From Eledone cirrhosa (Eukaryota), in the NCBI GenBank assembly GCA_964016885.1, contig OZ024743.1, positions 310,558,001 through 310,622,000 of the forward strand: a DNA stretch of 64,000 nt, given 5' to 3'. Positions 1 to 12,789 of this stretch are shown here, piece after piece. The notes under the pieces were generated by a model, which saw only the letters and a list, made by a program, of their open reading frames with translations, was not told the DNA's origin and searched no databases. The position numbers and the translations under genes were made by a program. Within the stretch, counting starts at the first letter, position 1, and every line of letters begins with the position of its first letter.

Positions 1-110
1 ACCCACCACCATGAAAGATTTAATTGTGTTTACAAGAAATGTTGACCAATACTTTTGACAACTACAATCTTCAGAAATGCATCATCGTCGCTCGCCCAAA
101 TAAGGAATTA

Positions 111-196
111 CCCCTTGACAAGTTCGGCTATTTACTACTAAAAATCTAATTTAGTCCAGAAATAGCCGTCGAAAGTCTTGAGCTCTGCCGTCGGAG
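111..196 (+). ncRNA. Degenerate type-I hammerhead ribozyme (U3-A8 core) in a PLE pLTR-like end
   Basis: cccc-TTGACAA-stem II (cggctattt/aaatagccg)-GAAA-gtc..gcc-GTC-ggag. Stem III is degraded relative to the related copies at 17.6 kb and 45.0 kb (GAAACGGC..GCCGTC). Confidence 0.55.
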
Positions 197-646
197 TCTT
201 GAATATTTTCCTATTACCCACTCTACTACTCAAAGTATTGAGTACTCTGGTGCGTTATGGTACACTTGGTTCCTTTTTACACTTCCTAAGTATATATATA
301 TACTCTGGGAGGGTCATGCTGCCAGTAGAGCGTCATGCTGGGAGGGTCATGCTGGCACGTGTTGGTTTCATTTCAATTTATTGAAAATTTCCAGTTGGTT
401 GGTTTAATTACGGGATGGTTTTTTGGTTATTGTCAAACAAACAACCATCCGTGTATTTCTATTGGCAGCATGACCCTTCCAAATTATAACAAAATAAGAT
501 TCAACACACGTTTTCAGATGAGAATTCTTGCAAAAGAAATACAAAAATGAATTATATGACAGGAATAGAACTGTTTCATTCGTAAGCATCCACACGAATG
601 AAACAGTTCTGTAGAGTGGAAACAGTATATATATATATATTCTGTC

Positions 647-1478
647 CGTCCTAACCACCATCCTAAACCTTGTCTTTAGTAACCACACAGCTCTTCTCGT
701 TTCATAACTTTTTGTATTTACCGCTGTGACCCTACCTGCTTTGGTCGATCTGTGTACCCTCCACACTTTCGCATCGACCTTTCCCTCTCTCTTCCCTCTC
801 CTCACTCTCGTCTTTTTTCTCTCTCCCTCTCACTCTATCCATCCGTTCGGTTTTGATTGTTGACATGATTACACGTGCCGTGGTGGCCTCTCTATCCGCA
901 ATCTTTACGGCACGTTTTTACCACCGTCGTAAAAAACCCTTCTCCTCCCTTTTGGTTGCCCGTGTCTCTCTCTCACTTTCTCCTGTCTATACGAGAGGCA
1001 GCACGGTTATACCAGCTCTGAGTCGTAGCTGACCACCAGGCTAAAGTCTCCCAGGTTGGCCACAACTTACTTTCCATATTTTTCCACGGTTACTTTTTTG
1101 CATGTTTCTTTCACCTGTGTCTTCCCACGATGGGATCTGGACACTTTTTTTCTTCCATTCCTTTCCTACCTACCCCCCCCCCCCCCAATCCCCCTCTCTC
1201 CTCATTTCCCCCCTCTCCCTGTTTTTCCTCCTTTTCTCTCTCCTTTTGTTCTCTCTTTTTATCTCTCCTTTTCCACCTGGCTTTTTGATTAATAAAAGGC
1301 CCCGGGCGCACCCGAACTACACCGATGTCCTGTAATTCGGCGCCGAAACATCGGTTGGGGATACATTTACAGCTGACGATGGAAACTCCTTTCTTCCTCC
1401 CTCCTCCTGTTCCGTCCTAACCAGCATCCTAAACCTTGTTTTTAGTAACCACACAGCTCCTCTCGTTTCATAACTTTT

Positions 1479-1480
<2 letters not shown>
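647..1480 (+). repeat. Non-coding pLTR-like element with ~67-bp terminal direct repeat (period ~767 bp), flanked by (TA)n
   Basis: cgtcctaacc..cataactttttg occurs at ~647 and ~1414. A remnant hammerhead half (cgcc-GAAA-catcg-GTT-gggg) lies at ~1340-1360. Confidence 0.6.
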
Positions 1481-1543
<63 letters not shown>

Positions 1544-1546
<3 letters not shown>

Positions 1547-1757
1547 GAAGTGGTTACACAACAGTTAGTTCACCATACCGAGAACAATTGTTTCACATTA
1601 GCGGATCCTCAGCTCGTAATCCTGAGCATCCGCTAAGGTGAAATAATTGTTCTCGGTATGGTGAACTAACTGTCGTGTAACCACTTCTGCCTAACTCGTC
1701 CCATGGACTGAGTGCTCTACCACTACGGATATTACCTTCCAGTGTTCTACCACTATA

Positions 1758-1760
<3 letters not shown>
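1544..1760. repeat. Fold-back mini-element derived from the pLTR of the PLE family at 36.9-39.6 kb
   Basis: Arms ~1546-1612 and ~1622-1688 are reverse complements. The sequence is shared with 29176-29252, 36917-36980 and 39360-39490, and is flanked by (TA)n. Confidence 0.85.
1579..1616 (-). ncRNA. Minimal type-I hammerhead ribozyme
   Basis: Minus strand: cgag-CTGAGGA-tccgctaatgt-GAAA-caatt-GTT-ctcg, with palindromic stem III (AACAATTGTT). The mirror copy on + carries CTGAGCA. Confidence 0.7.
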
Positions 1761-1810
<50 letters not shown>

Positions 1811-1812
<2 letters not shown>

Positions 1813-2975
1813 TTTCTGAGTGCAACTGCTCCACCGAGATAATTTCTGAATATTTAGACACCATCCTCACCCCGTTGGTCGGCAATCTCCCCTCCCGCAT
1901 CCACGATACAAATCATGTCCTTAGACTTTTCAACTCTTTCTCCTTCCCTCCTGGTCCATCCGCCTTCTCTTTACCCTGGACATCACTTCTCTCTATACCG
2001 TCAACCCTCATGATGACGGCCTCCGCGCTCATTTTTTAGATTTACGCCCTACCCCTTACCCAGCACTTACACTCTTCTCCGTCTGGCGGAGCTTGTTCTC
2101 ACCCTTAATGGATTTTCTTTTTCGGGTGAATTTTACCATCAGGTCTCTGGGTTAGCGATGGGAACCAGAATGGGTCCAAACTATGCTAGCTTGTTTGTTG
2201 GCCACGTCGAAGCCCAGATCTTCTAGTATGCTGGACCGACACCTGAGCTATACGGTCGTTTTATAGACAACTGTATCAGCGTCACCTCTCTATCACAAGA
2301 ACAACTCGACTGTTTCCTTTCTTTTGTCCAATCTTTCCATCCTGCTCTCAATTTCACCGCCTCTGTCTCCGATTCTTCTGTCGCTTTTCTAGATATCTCT
2401 TTATCTATTAATCACTCTCACCACACTCTCTCTACTTCCATCCACATTAAACCAACAGACTCCCAATCTTATCTCGACTTCACCTCCTCCCATCCACTCC
2501 ACACCAAACACTCCATAGCCTATTCCCAATTCCTCCGTCTTCGTCGACTCTGTAGCCGCCAGGACGACGATTTCGAAACCCATTCCCTTTGCATGGCTTC
2601 CTGCTTCATCCAGCGTAGATATGCCCCCACCTTTGAGTGCTCAAGTATAGCGCTTTTTACAAAGCGTGTTTTTCCTTTTCTGGTAGACGCGCGCCATCAT
2701 CCACTTTTGTAAAAAAAACAAATCATACACAAAACGCCAGCACCAACAGTTTTGCAAGAGATGTCAACATGAATGGAGCTATTATTTTTATCTAAAGACA
2801 TGTTTACCAATTCCATCCCGCTTAATCTATTTTATTTCTCATTCTTTCTTCTGACGAAGGACTGGCGTCCGAAACGTTAAGACCCTCTTCCTGCTATATC
2901 AGGCGTTAACCTAATATATACCTTCCATATACTGTACCGATTGTGTATCGTTATTTATGTTTACCTTTTACATAC
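1811..2975 (+). mobile_element. Penelope-like element fragment: frameshifted RT plus 3' pLTR, endonuclease missing
   Basis: Manual translation gives QVSGLAMGTRMGPNYASLFVG, GRFIDN, FLDISLSI and KPTDSQSYLDFTSSHP..SQFLRLRRLCS (PLE RT/thumb). An HHR lies in the 3' flank. Confidence 0.85.
2847..2882 (+). ncRNA. Minimal type-I hammerhead ribozyme
   Basis: tctt-CTGACGA-a-GGAC tggc GTCC-GAAA-c-GTT-aaga. Confidence 0.8.
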
Positions 2976-2977
<2 letters not shown>

Positions 2978-3045
<68 letters not shown>

Positions 3046-3068
3046 ACACACATATATATATATATATA
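2978..3068. repeat. (CA)n/(TA)n microsatellite
   Basis: Direct reading. Confidence 0.95.
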
Positions 3069-3239
3069 ATATTATTATTGTAGCTGTATTCATTTCTATC
3101 GGTTATTTTGCCATTTTACCATACTGTATTCTATCGGTTATTTTGATAGCCATGACTGGCTGCCTACCTCACAATTTCCCTCCCACCTACCCCATCACAC
3201 CACCATAGCCAATTCGACCAATCAAACCTCAGCATGCCA

Positions 3240-3251
3240 TTTCTTCTTCTT

Positions 3252-3321
<70 letters not shown>

Positions 3322-3322
3322 C
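3240..3322. repeat. (CTT)n-(CTA)n microsatellite
   Basis: Direct reading. Confidence 0.95.
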
Positions 3323-3415
3323 TAACTCTCTCCTCCCCCATCCCAGCCCAACACACCCTGCCATTATTAGCACCACCACTGTTCTTCTAGCCCTGAAATT
3401 TTCCTACCATTATGT

Positions 3416-6400
3416 ATGGATGAGCTGAGAATAAATTGGCGCAACTCTGAATTAATAGATGAAATGAATATGAATCCGCGAGCTACCAAGCACCCATGTG
3501 AAGCCCTAACCCAGAGAGAGGAAGCACACACGCACCCCTGCAAAAATCGACCCTTCCCTACGAGTGTCGACAAATGCCCAAAACTCCGAGTTGGTACCAT
3601 CAATGTAAGCACAATGAAAGGAAGAGCAGGAGAAATCGTAGAAATGCTAGAGCGAAAGGAAATTGATGTATGCTGTGTGCAAGAGACTAGATGGAGCGAA
3701 GAGTCTTTGTAGGAAAAAGTCAGTGCTACGAATTTTTCTGGGTGGGAAATGACGAAGGAATGGGTGGTGTAGGTATTCTACTAGCTGACAAGTGGGTAGA
3801 TAAAGTAATCGCAGTGAACAGGATGAATGCAAGAATCATTAAACTCAGACTAGTCCTGAATAAAACAATTACCACAATAATATCAGCTTACGCACCCCAA
3901 TCGGGGTTGCCAGACGAACTTAAGGATAGATTTTACGAGTCCCTAATGCACACTACTGCTCTAACAAACGACAATGACTTCCTAATCATCGCAGGAGATT
4001 TTAACGGACACGTATGTAAACACTATGATGGCTTCAATAGAGTCCATGGAGGCCACGGTATTGGCACAAGAAATGAGGAAGGATTCAGATTTCTAGAATT
4101 CTGCGACGCCAATGACATGTCGATATGTAACACAAACTTCAAAAAAACCGACAACCACCTGTTCACCTATAGATCAGGGGAGCATTCTAGTCAGATAGAT
4201 TTTATCCTCATCAGAGGACGTGACAGATGGATGGTTGTAAACACAAAAGGCTACCCTAGTGAGGAATGTACCTCCCAACATAGCTTAGTTGTCAGCGACC
4301 TCACGGTCAGTACTAGACGAACCTGGAAACAGAGGCCAACCTGGAGAAGAAAGATCTGGAAGCTGAAAGACCCCCCAGCCAGTAACAGATTTAAAGATAT
4401 TTTACTCAACGCCGACGACAGTAAAGAAAAACAAATACAGACATTCAATGTAGAAGAGCACTGGGAGTTCCTAAAAAATAACTTACTAGAGGCGTCGGAT
4501 GAGGTCTGTGGCTGGAGTAAGACCACAAGCAGGAGGAGAGTGACTTGGTGGTGGAACAATAAGGTAGATGAGGCAGTTAAGGCCAAGAGACAGGCATGGA
4601 AATAATGGAAGAACGGGGGGAGCAGGGTACATTACATAGAGACGAAGAGGGAAGCTAGGCGACAAGTATACTTAGCTAGGAGGGAAGCAGAGGATAGAAA
4701 ATTCAAGCATGTTTTGCAACATGAGGACCAGAAACAGGAGGTGTTCAAGATTGCGAGGCAGTGTGTCAGAGAGAATTGTGATGTCATTGGAGAGAAGTGT
4801 ATCCGGGATGATAAAGGTGAGCTTGCCCTCACAAGTGCTGAGAAGAAAGATGCATGGAAGAGCTATGATGATAGATTACTAAATGAGGAGAATGCATGGG
4901 AAGAAGGGACCCTACCCCCAAGTAGACCCTATAGAGGGGCCAGTAGTACAAGTCAACAGCAGCGTAGTAAATAAGGCAATCAAAGATATGAAAATGGGGA
5001 AGGCAACCGGTCCATCGGGTATAGCTGCCGAGATGGTGAAGGCATCTGGGTCTGTAGGTCACACTATAACCACACGTACTGTTAACCAGGTAATACTAGA
5101 AGGTGTCATACCAAAAGATTGGTGCAGTAACATCATTGTCAACTGCTACAAAGGTAAAGGTGATGCACTAGATAGAGGAAACTATAGAGGTATAAAGCTA
5201 ATGGAGCAGGTCATGAAAGTAACAGAAAGAGTTATAGCACAGTTGATTAGGGACCGGGTGAAAATAGATGAGATGCAATTTGGGTTTGTACCAGGAAGAG
5301 GCACCACTGATGCCCTCTTCCTTGTGAGGCAGTTACAGGCAAAGTACCTAGCTAAAAGTAAGCCACTCTACCTGGCATTCGTCGATCTCGAGAAAGCCTT
5401 TGACAGAGTTCCACGTGCTGTAATCTGGTGGGCTCTTAGAAAACTAGGAGTAGATGAATAGCTTGTGAAAGCTGTACAAACCATGTATAGGGGAGCAGTC
5501 AGCAAAGTTAGGATTAGCAATGAGTATAACGATGAATTTAGCGTACAGGTTGGTGTCCACCAGGGCTCTGTTCTTAGCCCTCTCCTGTTCATCATAGTCC
5601 TGCAGGCAATAACGGAGGAGTTTAAGACCGGATGCCCATGGGAACTCCTGCATGCTGATGACCTCGCACTTATAGCTAAATCTATGGTAGAACAAGAGAA
5701 GAAATTCCAAACTTGGAAGCAGGGACTAGAAAGAAAGGGTCTCAAAGTCAACATAACAAAGACTAAGGTCCTTGTAAGTAGACGAGAAAACAGAACCCAG
5801 ATCCCCTCAGGGAAATGGCCTTGCTCAGGATGTAGGAAAGGTGTAGGTAGGAACTCCATTCTCTGCCCCAAATGCAAACAATGGGTACACAAGAGATGTA
5901 GCGGGATCTCAGAAAGCTTAATTAAGATTGTAGGTTTCACATGCAGCAGCTGTGCTGGGACAGCAATCAGCAAACAGCCACAGGAAACAAGTACCACCAA
6001 TCTCTGGGAGGGCTCTGTAGAAACAGTAGACAGCTTCTGCTACCTAGGTGACCGAATTAGCAGCGGAGGTGGGTGTTCAGAAAGTACAATAACTAGGGTA
6101 AGAACGGGATGGAAGAAGTTCAGGGAACTACTGCCACTGCTAGTTGCAAAAGGCTTCTCCCTCAAAATGAAAGGCAGACTGTATGATGCGTGTATCCGAA
6201 CAGCATTGTTACATGGTTGTGAGACCTGGGCGCTGAAAGTGGAAGAGATACGTAGATTAGAAAGAAACGAAGCCTGCATGATCCGATGGATGTGTAATAG
6301 TAATATACGCGAACGACAAAGCATAAATGAATTGAGAGAGAGACTGATCATAAGAGGAATCAAATGCTGTGTGCAGGAGAGGCGGTTGCATTGGTATGGA

Positions 6401-6902
6401 CATGTGATGCGTATGAAGGGTGACAGCTGCATAAAAAGGTGCAGAGCACTAGAAACCGCGGAGAGGGGAGACCCAAGAAGACCCATGAGGCGATAAAGTC
6501 GACCTTACCCAATTACACCTCTCAAAGGCGATGACACATGACCGTGACCTCTGGCGTCACGCAGTAATAGAGAGTACCCGACCTCCCATGGGTACAAGCT
6601 GAAGCATATAGACAATATGTGCCCACCACTTCCCACTGCAAGGTGGTCGTGGAAGTGCCACGGCAAAAATGCACCCAGCCCACACTGTAAAGTGGACATG
6701 TAGGCGCCACGAAAAAAGCACCCAGCACTCACTTTAAATGAGGTTGGTGTTAGGAAGGGCATCCAGCTGTAGAAATCAAGCCAAAATGAGTTCCTGTATG
6801 AGTCAGCCGACTAGACACTGCCCACAACAGGACAACCCGTCTAACCCATGCTAGCATGGAAAAACGGACGTAAAACGGTGATGATGATGATGATGGTGGT
6901 GA

Positions 6903-6905
<3 letters not shown>
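3416..6905 (+). mobile_element. RTE-clade non-LTR retrotransposon, near full length and inactivated (APE endonuclease + RT + PHD finger), (GAT)n tail
   Basis: APE motifs LRVGTINV, CVQETRW, SAYAPQ, GDFNGH, SQIDF. RT motifs NYRGIKL, QFGFVPGRGT, AFVDLEKAFD, GVHQGSVLSPLLF, HADD, RRLHWYGHVMR. Stops at 4603 and 5459 plus frameshifts. The 3' end reads cccatgctagcatggaa..(GAT)n. Confidence 0.93.
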
Positions 6906-6950
<45 letters not shown>

Positions 6951-7079
6951 AAAGTTATATTTAAATTGTTGGTTAACAACGAGAGTAAATATTTATAACT
7001 GATATAAAAGCACTCAACAAGTATTTGGAGTATATTTATGATATTAAATAAATGGAAACTATATTTATAAAATCATATT

Positions 7080-7145
7080 TATTTCGTTATATATATTTCA
7101 GGGATATCATATTAACAATATGTTATGCCTTCTTCAGACAAAATA
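7080..7145 (-). ncRNA. Type-I hammerhead ribozyme in PLE pLTR
   Basis: Reverse complement of 11157-11222. Confidence 0.85.
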
Positions 7146-8456
7146 CAATATAAACAGTCTTATAAATAAATAGATACGACATACCTTTCAATCACCTTGC
7201 ATTTGGGAAGTTGATTTGGCAGTAAAAAATATTGTGGACAGTTGTAAAAAGAAAGAGAGAAAGAAAGAAAGAAAGAGAAACGAAGAAAAAGAAGAAATGC
7301 ATGTGACTAAATAGAGAGATATAGAAAGATAGATAAAGAGAAGAACTTCATGTAAAGAAACAGAGAGAAATATATATAGAGAGAGGAAAAAAGAAAGAGA
7401 TAGATAGAGATAGATAGAGAACCTAGGAAGTTGAGTATCGGTTGATACATTTATTTATTTATTTATTTATTTATTTAGCTCTAGTATTAATGTAAAGAGA
7501 GATGTATGTAGTTAAGAGAGAAAATAGCCGTTATATAGAGAGAGAAAAGAGAAAATGAAAAAGAGAAAATGAAAAATAAAAAATAACCAGAAATAAACGA
7601 GGCAGAATTTAAAAACGCTGTTTCATCCTGTAGAAAATATTAGTTCGTATAAAACAGGCATTATAATGTAAATATCAGTATTCATGAATGAGACATGTAT
7701 CTATAATGTGTGAAAAGTAATGATCTTATGTCTAGTTTTTAAAAATTCATATGTTTATATCATAATTATAAACAAACTCCCAATTCACACGAAAACATTC
7801 TCATTGTGCTATAAAAATTCAAGTATACATATATGTGTGTATATATACACATATATATAGAGTCTATATTAATTTTAACAATACTATTCTTGTCTTTACT
7901 CTACATGATTGTCGATCAAGCAGAAATAGAGAACAGATTTCAATATATTAATAAAAATAAAAATAAAAATAAAAATAAAAATAAAAATAAAAATATCAGA
8001 GACAAGAAAATAAATAAATAAACAGAAAACTAAAACATTTAATATTAAAAATAAAAAATATTACAAAATATTAAAAAATAATAAAAATAAAACATAGTAT
8101 GCCACGCAAATCGGCCACAGAGATCAGCCTTTCAAAGTTAATTGACAATATATTGCCAAGTTCATCATAGGCATCAGAGTCGAAACAGATAAAACAAAAA
8201 TTGTTTACCAAATCCTGTCTAGCAGAAATCATTCCAAAAGTTTAGGATACCCATTTGGTCTACATATGTTCTTATATTTAATTATAGAAGTTTATCTAGT
8301 GTAAAATTTAATTCGATATATTTGGAGCATCAGCTTTTAGGGTAGTTTAATTATTCATGAAGAATGTTTTAATAAAAAGAATGTTTTAATAAAAAGAAGA
8401 AATCGAAAGATTTATCGGCTAGTTTCATAAATAATTACAAATCAAATCAAACATAA

Positions 8457-10240
8457 CTACATTTTAAATTTAAATTTATATTTAAACGTTGAGTTCAATC
8501 TATGTCTGCAGCAACTGAATAAATTTGTCCGTAGATTAAGGGAATTTTTAGATTTTAGTATAAAGAATATCTCCTCCGCACAGAGGTCACATGTCTCAGA
8601 GGATGAATTAAAAGGAATCCCCCTTGAAACTATATTCCAAGTCGTCGAATATCTAACGTTATCATGCCTAAGTTGCCAGAGTACGCCTGATAGTGCTGTT
8701 GAAGATTTTTTTGATGGATCTGTGAAAGAATTCTTGTGGTTGTTATAGCGAAGTTTAAATTCCGTCGATGTAGAACCAACGTAGTTAAAAGAATTAACGT
8801 CCGTTTTAACATTACAGTTGTATATTATATTTTTAACTAAGCAGTTGTTATTTAACGGACATTTAGATCTATCTCTACAGTTACATTTGTTAACTTGGAT
8901 ATTATTTATGCTATTATCGCTAGGTTTTAAGTTCCTGTTATTTATTCTATTAATATTTTGCGCTAAATTTTTGGTGGATGAGTAGGTTAGTTTTATAGTA
9001 TGTCTATTGAAAATTGAGTGATACCTATGTGTTCTAGGGAAGCGATTATCAAGAGCTTTAAAAAATAGTTTAGCAATGTGGGTTTTAATGTTTAGTGAGA
9101 AAGGGGGGGGGGGGGGGCAAACCATATTATATTCCTAGTTCTATTTCTTTTATGGCTTTTGGAATTATTGTAATGCTTTCTATTATAGTTGTTAAGGTTG
9201 TGGCCGTAATTAAAATAGTTGTTATTTTGTTTAATTTGTTTATCATTATCTATGTACATAATTTTATCACTATATCCTGCTCTAGCTAACGCTTCATTGT
9301 AATAATGGGCTTTTTCGTCGAAAATCTTTTTATTAGATGAGATTCTAGAGATACGTGATTGAACAGAGTTTACTATAGTATTTTTAACAGATCTGGGGTG
9401 GTTAGAGTTAAAGCTGACATAGTTTAAGTTTTCATTCAACTTGTGAAATGGATAGTGAAGACATGTGTTGAGATTTAATGTTATATCTAGGAAGTTGACT
9501 ATTCTATGGTTATTCTCAATTTCTATTTTTAGATTAAAGTGATTAAAAAATTGTGTAATTTGTTTTCTTTTTCTATTTAGTTCAGAGTTATTATTATCAA
9601 TAAGTAAAAGCATGTCATCTCTATATAAACCTCCGGTAGTACCAGGTATTTTCCTATGCAGCGAATTGATTAAAAATAAGCCCACAAGGTCAGTTACCTG
9701 AGCTGAGTCGGATGATCCCATAGTAATGTCAAAATTGTTATCTCTATCTGCTCGGGTCCATAGTTGGTCATTAAATTCTATCAATGTTTTCCTAGCCGAT
9801 AATATAATGTGCATTTCATTGCTAGTTAGGTCTGTATGTTTGAATGCGTAATTTAGTGCCTTATTTAGTAGATTAGGGGTAATGGAAGAATAATAGTTAG
9901 CAATATCAAGTTGAATAAACTTATTATTATTGTTATATTTAATTTGCTTAATCCACTCAACAACCTCACCAGTTCCCTTCCACAAGCTCAGGTTAGGTAA
10001 ACAACCCAAGTTTTTAATTTGCTGTATCACCCTGTCAAGAATGTTTATGCTTAGTTTACCCAGGTCGATTTTGATGGTGCAATCAATCTGACTGGCAAGT
10101 CATTCTCAAAATTTCTCTTATGATCTTTCATATTGATCTTCGGTTTCCTGGGCACGAAAGGTTGTGTTCTGTTCTCAATTTCCAATTCGTGCATTATACA
10201 AGATGCCTCAACATTCATTTTCTCTAGCTCGGCCTTATCT
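8457..10240 (-). pseudogene. PLE reverse transcriptase + C-terminal GIY-YIG endonuclease (frameshift in G15 run 9103-9117)
   Basis: QLDIANYYSSI, DITMGSSDSAQVTDLVG, GLYRDD, NFLDITL; CNCRDRSKCPLNNNC, IIY..YVGST..FKLRYNNH, CDLCAEE, LNLR..CRH. Confidence 0.92.
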
Positions 10241-11156
10241 GCTATTTTTTATTTTTAATATTAAATGTTTTAGTTTTCTGTTTATTTATTTATTTTCTTG
10301 TCTCTGATATTTTTATTTTTATTTTTATTTTTATTTTTATTTTTATTTTTATTTTTATTAATATATTGAAATCTGTTCTCTATTTCTGCTTGATCGACAA
10401 TCATCTAGAGTAAAGACAAGAATAGTATTGTTAAAATTAATATAGACTCTATATATATGTGTATATATACACGCATATATGTATATTTGAATTTTTATAG
10501 CACAATGAGAATGTTTTCGTGTGAATTGGGAGTTTCTTTATAATTATGATATAAACATATGAATTTTTAAAAACTAGACATAAGATCATTACTTTTCACA
10601 CATTATAGATACATGTCTCATTCATGAATACTGATATTTACATTATAATGCCTGTTTTATACGAACTAATATTTTCTACAGGATGAAACACAGCGTTTTT
10701 AAATTCTGCCTCGTTTATGTCTGGTTATTTTTCATTTTCTCTTTTTCATTTTCTTTTTTCTCTCTATATAACGGCTATTTTCTCTCTTAACTACATACAT
10801 CTCTCTTTACATTAATACTAGAGCTAAATAAATAAATAAATAAATAAATAAATGTATCAACCGATACTCAACTTCCTAGGTTCTCTATCTATCTCTATCT
10901 ATCTCTTTCTTTTTTCCTCTCTCTATATATATTTCTCTCTGTTTCTTTACATGAAGTTCTTCTCTTTATCTATCTTTCTATATCTCTCTATTTAGTCACA
11001 TGCATTTCTTCTTTTTCTTCGTTTCTCTTTCTTTTTTTCTTTCTCTCTTTCTTTTTACAACTGTCCACAATATTTTTTACTGCCAAATCAACCTCCCAAA
11101 TGCAAGGTGATTGAAAGGTATGTCGTATCTATTTATTTATAAGACTGTTTATATTG

Positions 11157-11222
11157 TATTTTGTCTGAAGAAGGCATAACATATTGTTAATATGATATCC
11201 CTGAAATATATATAACGAAATA
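11157..11222 (+). ncRNA. Type-I hammerhead ribozyme in inverted pLTR
   Basis: tattttgt-CTGAAGA-agg..catatt gtt aatatg..cct-GAAA-tatat-ATA-acgaaata. Confidence 0.85.
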
Positions 11223-11259
11223 AATATGGTTTTATAAATATAGTTTCCATTTATTTAAT

Positions 11260-11293
<34 letters not shown>

Positions 11294-11296
<3 letters not shown>

Positions 11297-11664
11297 GGAA
11301 AACAAAGAATCAGTGATGCATCGGAACACAATTTATTAACGTATTACACAATCGAAGAGCTCAAGGTGCGATCTATTTGTGGATTGAACCTGACCCTGCA
11401 TTTTCAAGCTCCTCAGATAAGGATTTGCTTCGAAGTCACTAGACGTATCTGAGGAATTTGCGAATCCAGAGTCAGGTTCGATCCACAAACAGATCGCACC
11501 TCGAGTTGTTCGCCGGAGAAATAATTGTAATACCGTAATAAATTGTGTTCCGATGCATCACTGATTCTTAGTTTTCCATATTATTATTATACTCTGCTCC
11601 AAAGGATCATAGAATGCTCAACCGGCATACCACCAATGGAAGCATCCAGCCAACCATACTAGAA

Positions 11665-11665
<1 letters not shown>
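11294..11665. repeat. Fold-back pLTR-like element between (TA)n tracts
   Basis: Arms ~11295-11419 and ~11446-11579 are diverged reverse complements. Confidence 0.8.
11444..11534 (+). ncRNA. Type-I hammerhead ribozyme with extended stem II
   Basis: gtat-CTGAGGA-..gcgaa...ttcgc..-GAAA-taatt-GTA-atac. Confidence 0.7.
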
Positions 11666-11695
<30 letters not shown>

Positions 11696-11699
11696 TATG

Positions 11700-12502
11700 A
11701 ATTATTGACTTTATTTTCTCATTTTTACCTCTCTTTACGTTGCCTCACCACTCGTGTTTGTTTATCTGTCTCTCTTTCTCCACCCAACTCATTTTATCCC
11801 AATAACTTATTTTAGTTATTGCATCGCCCTTATATGCGGTATGTGGTCTGTAATGCGAAGAAATGCCTATGATGGCTAGTAGACCACTGATGACGGATAG
11901 TCCTGGCTTCTATTTCTAATTCTTCTTTTTTTATATATATCGTATATGCAACAACACAGCTCGCAATTTTTCATTCTTATATGCTTTCTCCTTCGCTGCG
12001 ACCTGTCTTTTTCTCTTCCCTTACTGCTATCCTCTTTCTCCCCCTCCCCATTCTCTCTCCTTCTCCCCCTTACTTTCACTCACACCCTCTGCTAGTCACC
12101 CTCTCTCGGCTAGCCTCTTCCTCATACTTTCACTCACTCACTCTCTGCTACTCACCCTCTCTCTCCCTTCCTCCATCGTCCCACACCGTACGAAATTTGT
12201 TCCTCGCTCACATTCGCACGGCCAAGATGTGTCTTTCGTATTCTCGTCAATATTCGAACATTCTTATGTGTAAAATAAATTATTGATTTTATTTTCTCAT
12301 TTTTTCCTCTCTTTACGTTGCATCACCATTCGTGTTTGTTTACCTGTCTCTCTTTCTCCACCCAACTCTTTTTATCCCAATAACTTATTTTAGTTATTGC
12401 ATCGCCCTAGCCTGAGGTATATGGTCTATAATGTTGAAGAAATACCTATGATGGCTAGTAGACCACTGATGACAGATAGTCCTGGCTTCTATTTCTAATT
12501 CT

Positions 12503-12508
<6 letters not shown>
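11700..12508 (+). repeat. ~580-590 bp non-coding unit in ~1.4 tandem copies between (TA)n tracts; same family as 30108-30828
   Basis: 11701-11930 is repeated at 12280-12508. It shares agaccactgatga and ataacttattttagttat with 30.2-30.8 kb. Confidence 0.8.
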
Positions 12509-12558
<50 letters not shown>

Positions 12559-12789
12559 TTGCGAAGTTTCTGATATGAAATCGTGTGTCGAAACAAATAT
12601 TGTTATACTTGGGGAGGGTCATATTTGTGTAATATTGCCAGAATTAATAACAGAACACACTCACTGTTTGGTTGGTTTTCGCTTCTGTGTCTTTTATATC
12701 GGTTAATTTAATTTATTCGGTCCTCAATGTTGCCATTCACTGACCAACGGTCAACAATACAGATACAATATAGACACAAACACATATAT

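Larger units (their letters stand above)
6949..11264 (-). mobile_element. 5'-truncated Penelope-like element (probably Hydra-type) bracketed by ~1.02-kb inverted pLTR copies, inserted in (TA)n
   Basis: 7039-8060 is the reverse complement of 10243-11264, with the RT-EN ORF between them and an HHR in each arm. The clade call comes from memory of the CxC..CP..C linker and is less certain. Confidence 0.92.

Noticed and set aside
1300-1390. Hammerhead-like cgcc-GAAA-catcg-GTT-gggg and CTGACGA-tg-GAAA
   Set aside because: The first lacks the CTGANGA core and the second lacks stem II and flanking stems.
5368-6486. Long antisense ORFs (210 and 148 aa)
   Set aside because: Shadows of the LINE RT on the opposite strand.
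12556-12600. Possible TTGCGAA..GAAA..GTC variant HHR in the small family at 505, 44905 and 45735
   Set aside because: The core is not consistent between copies and the stems are unconvincing.
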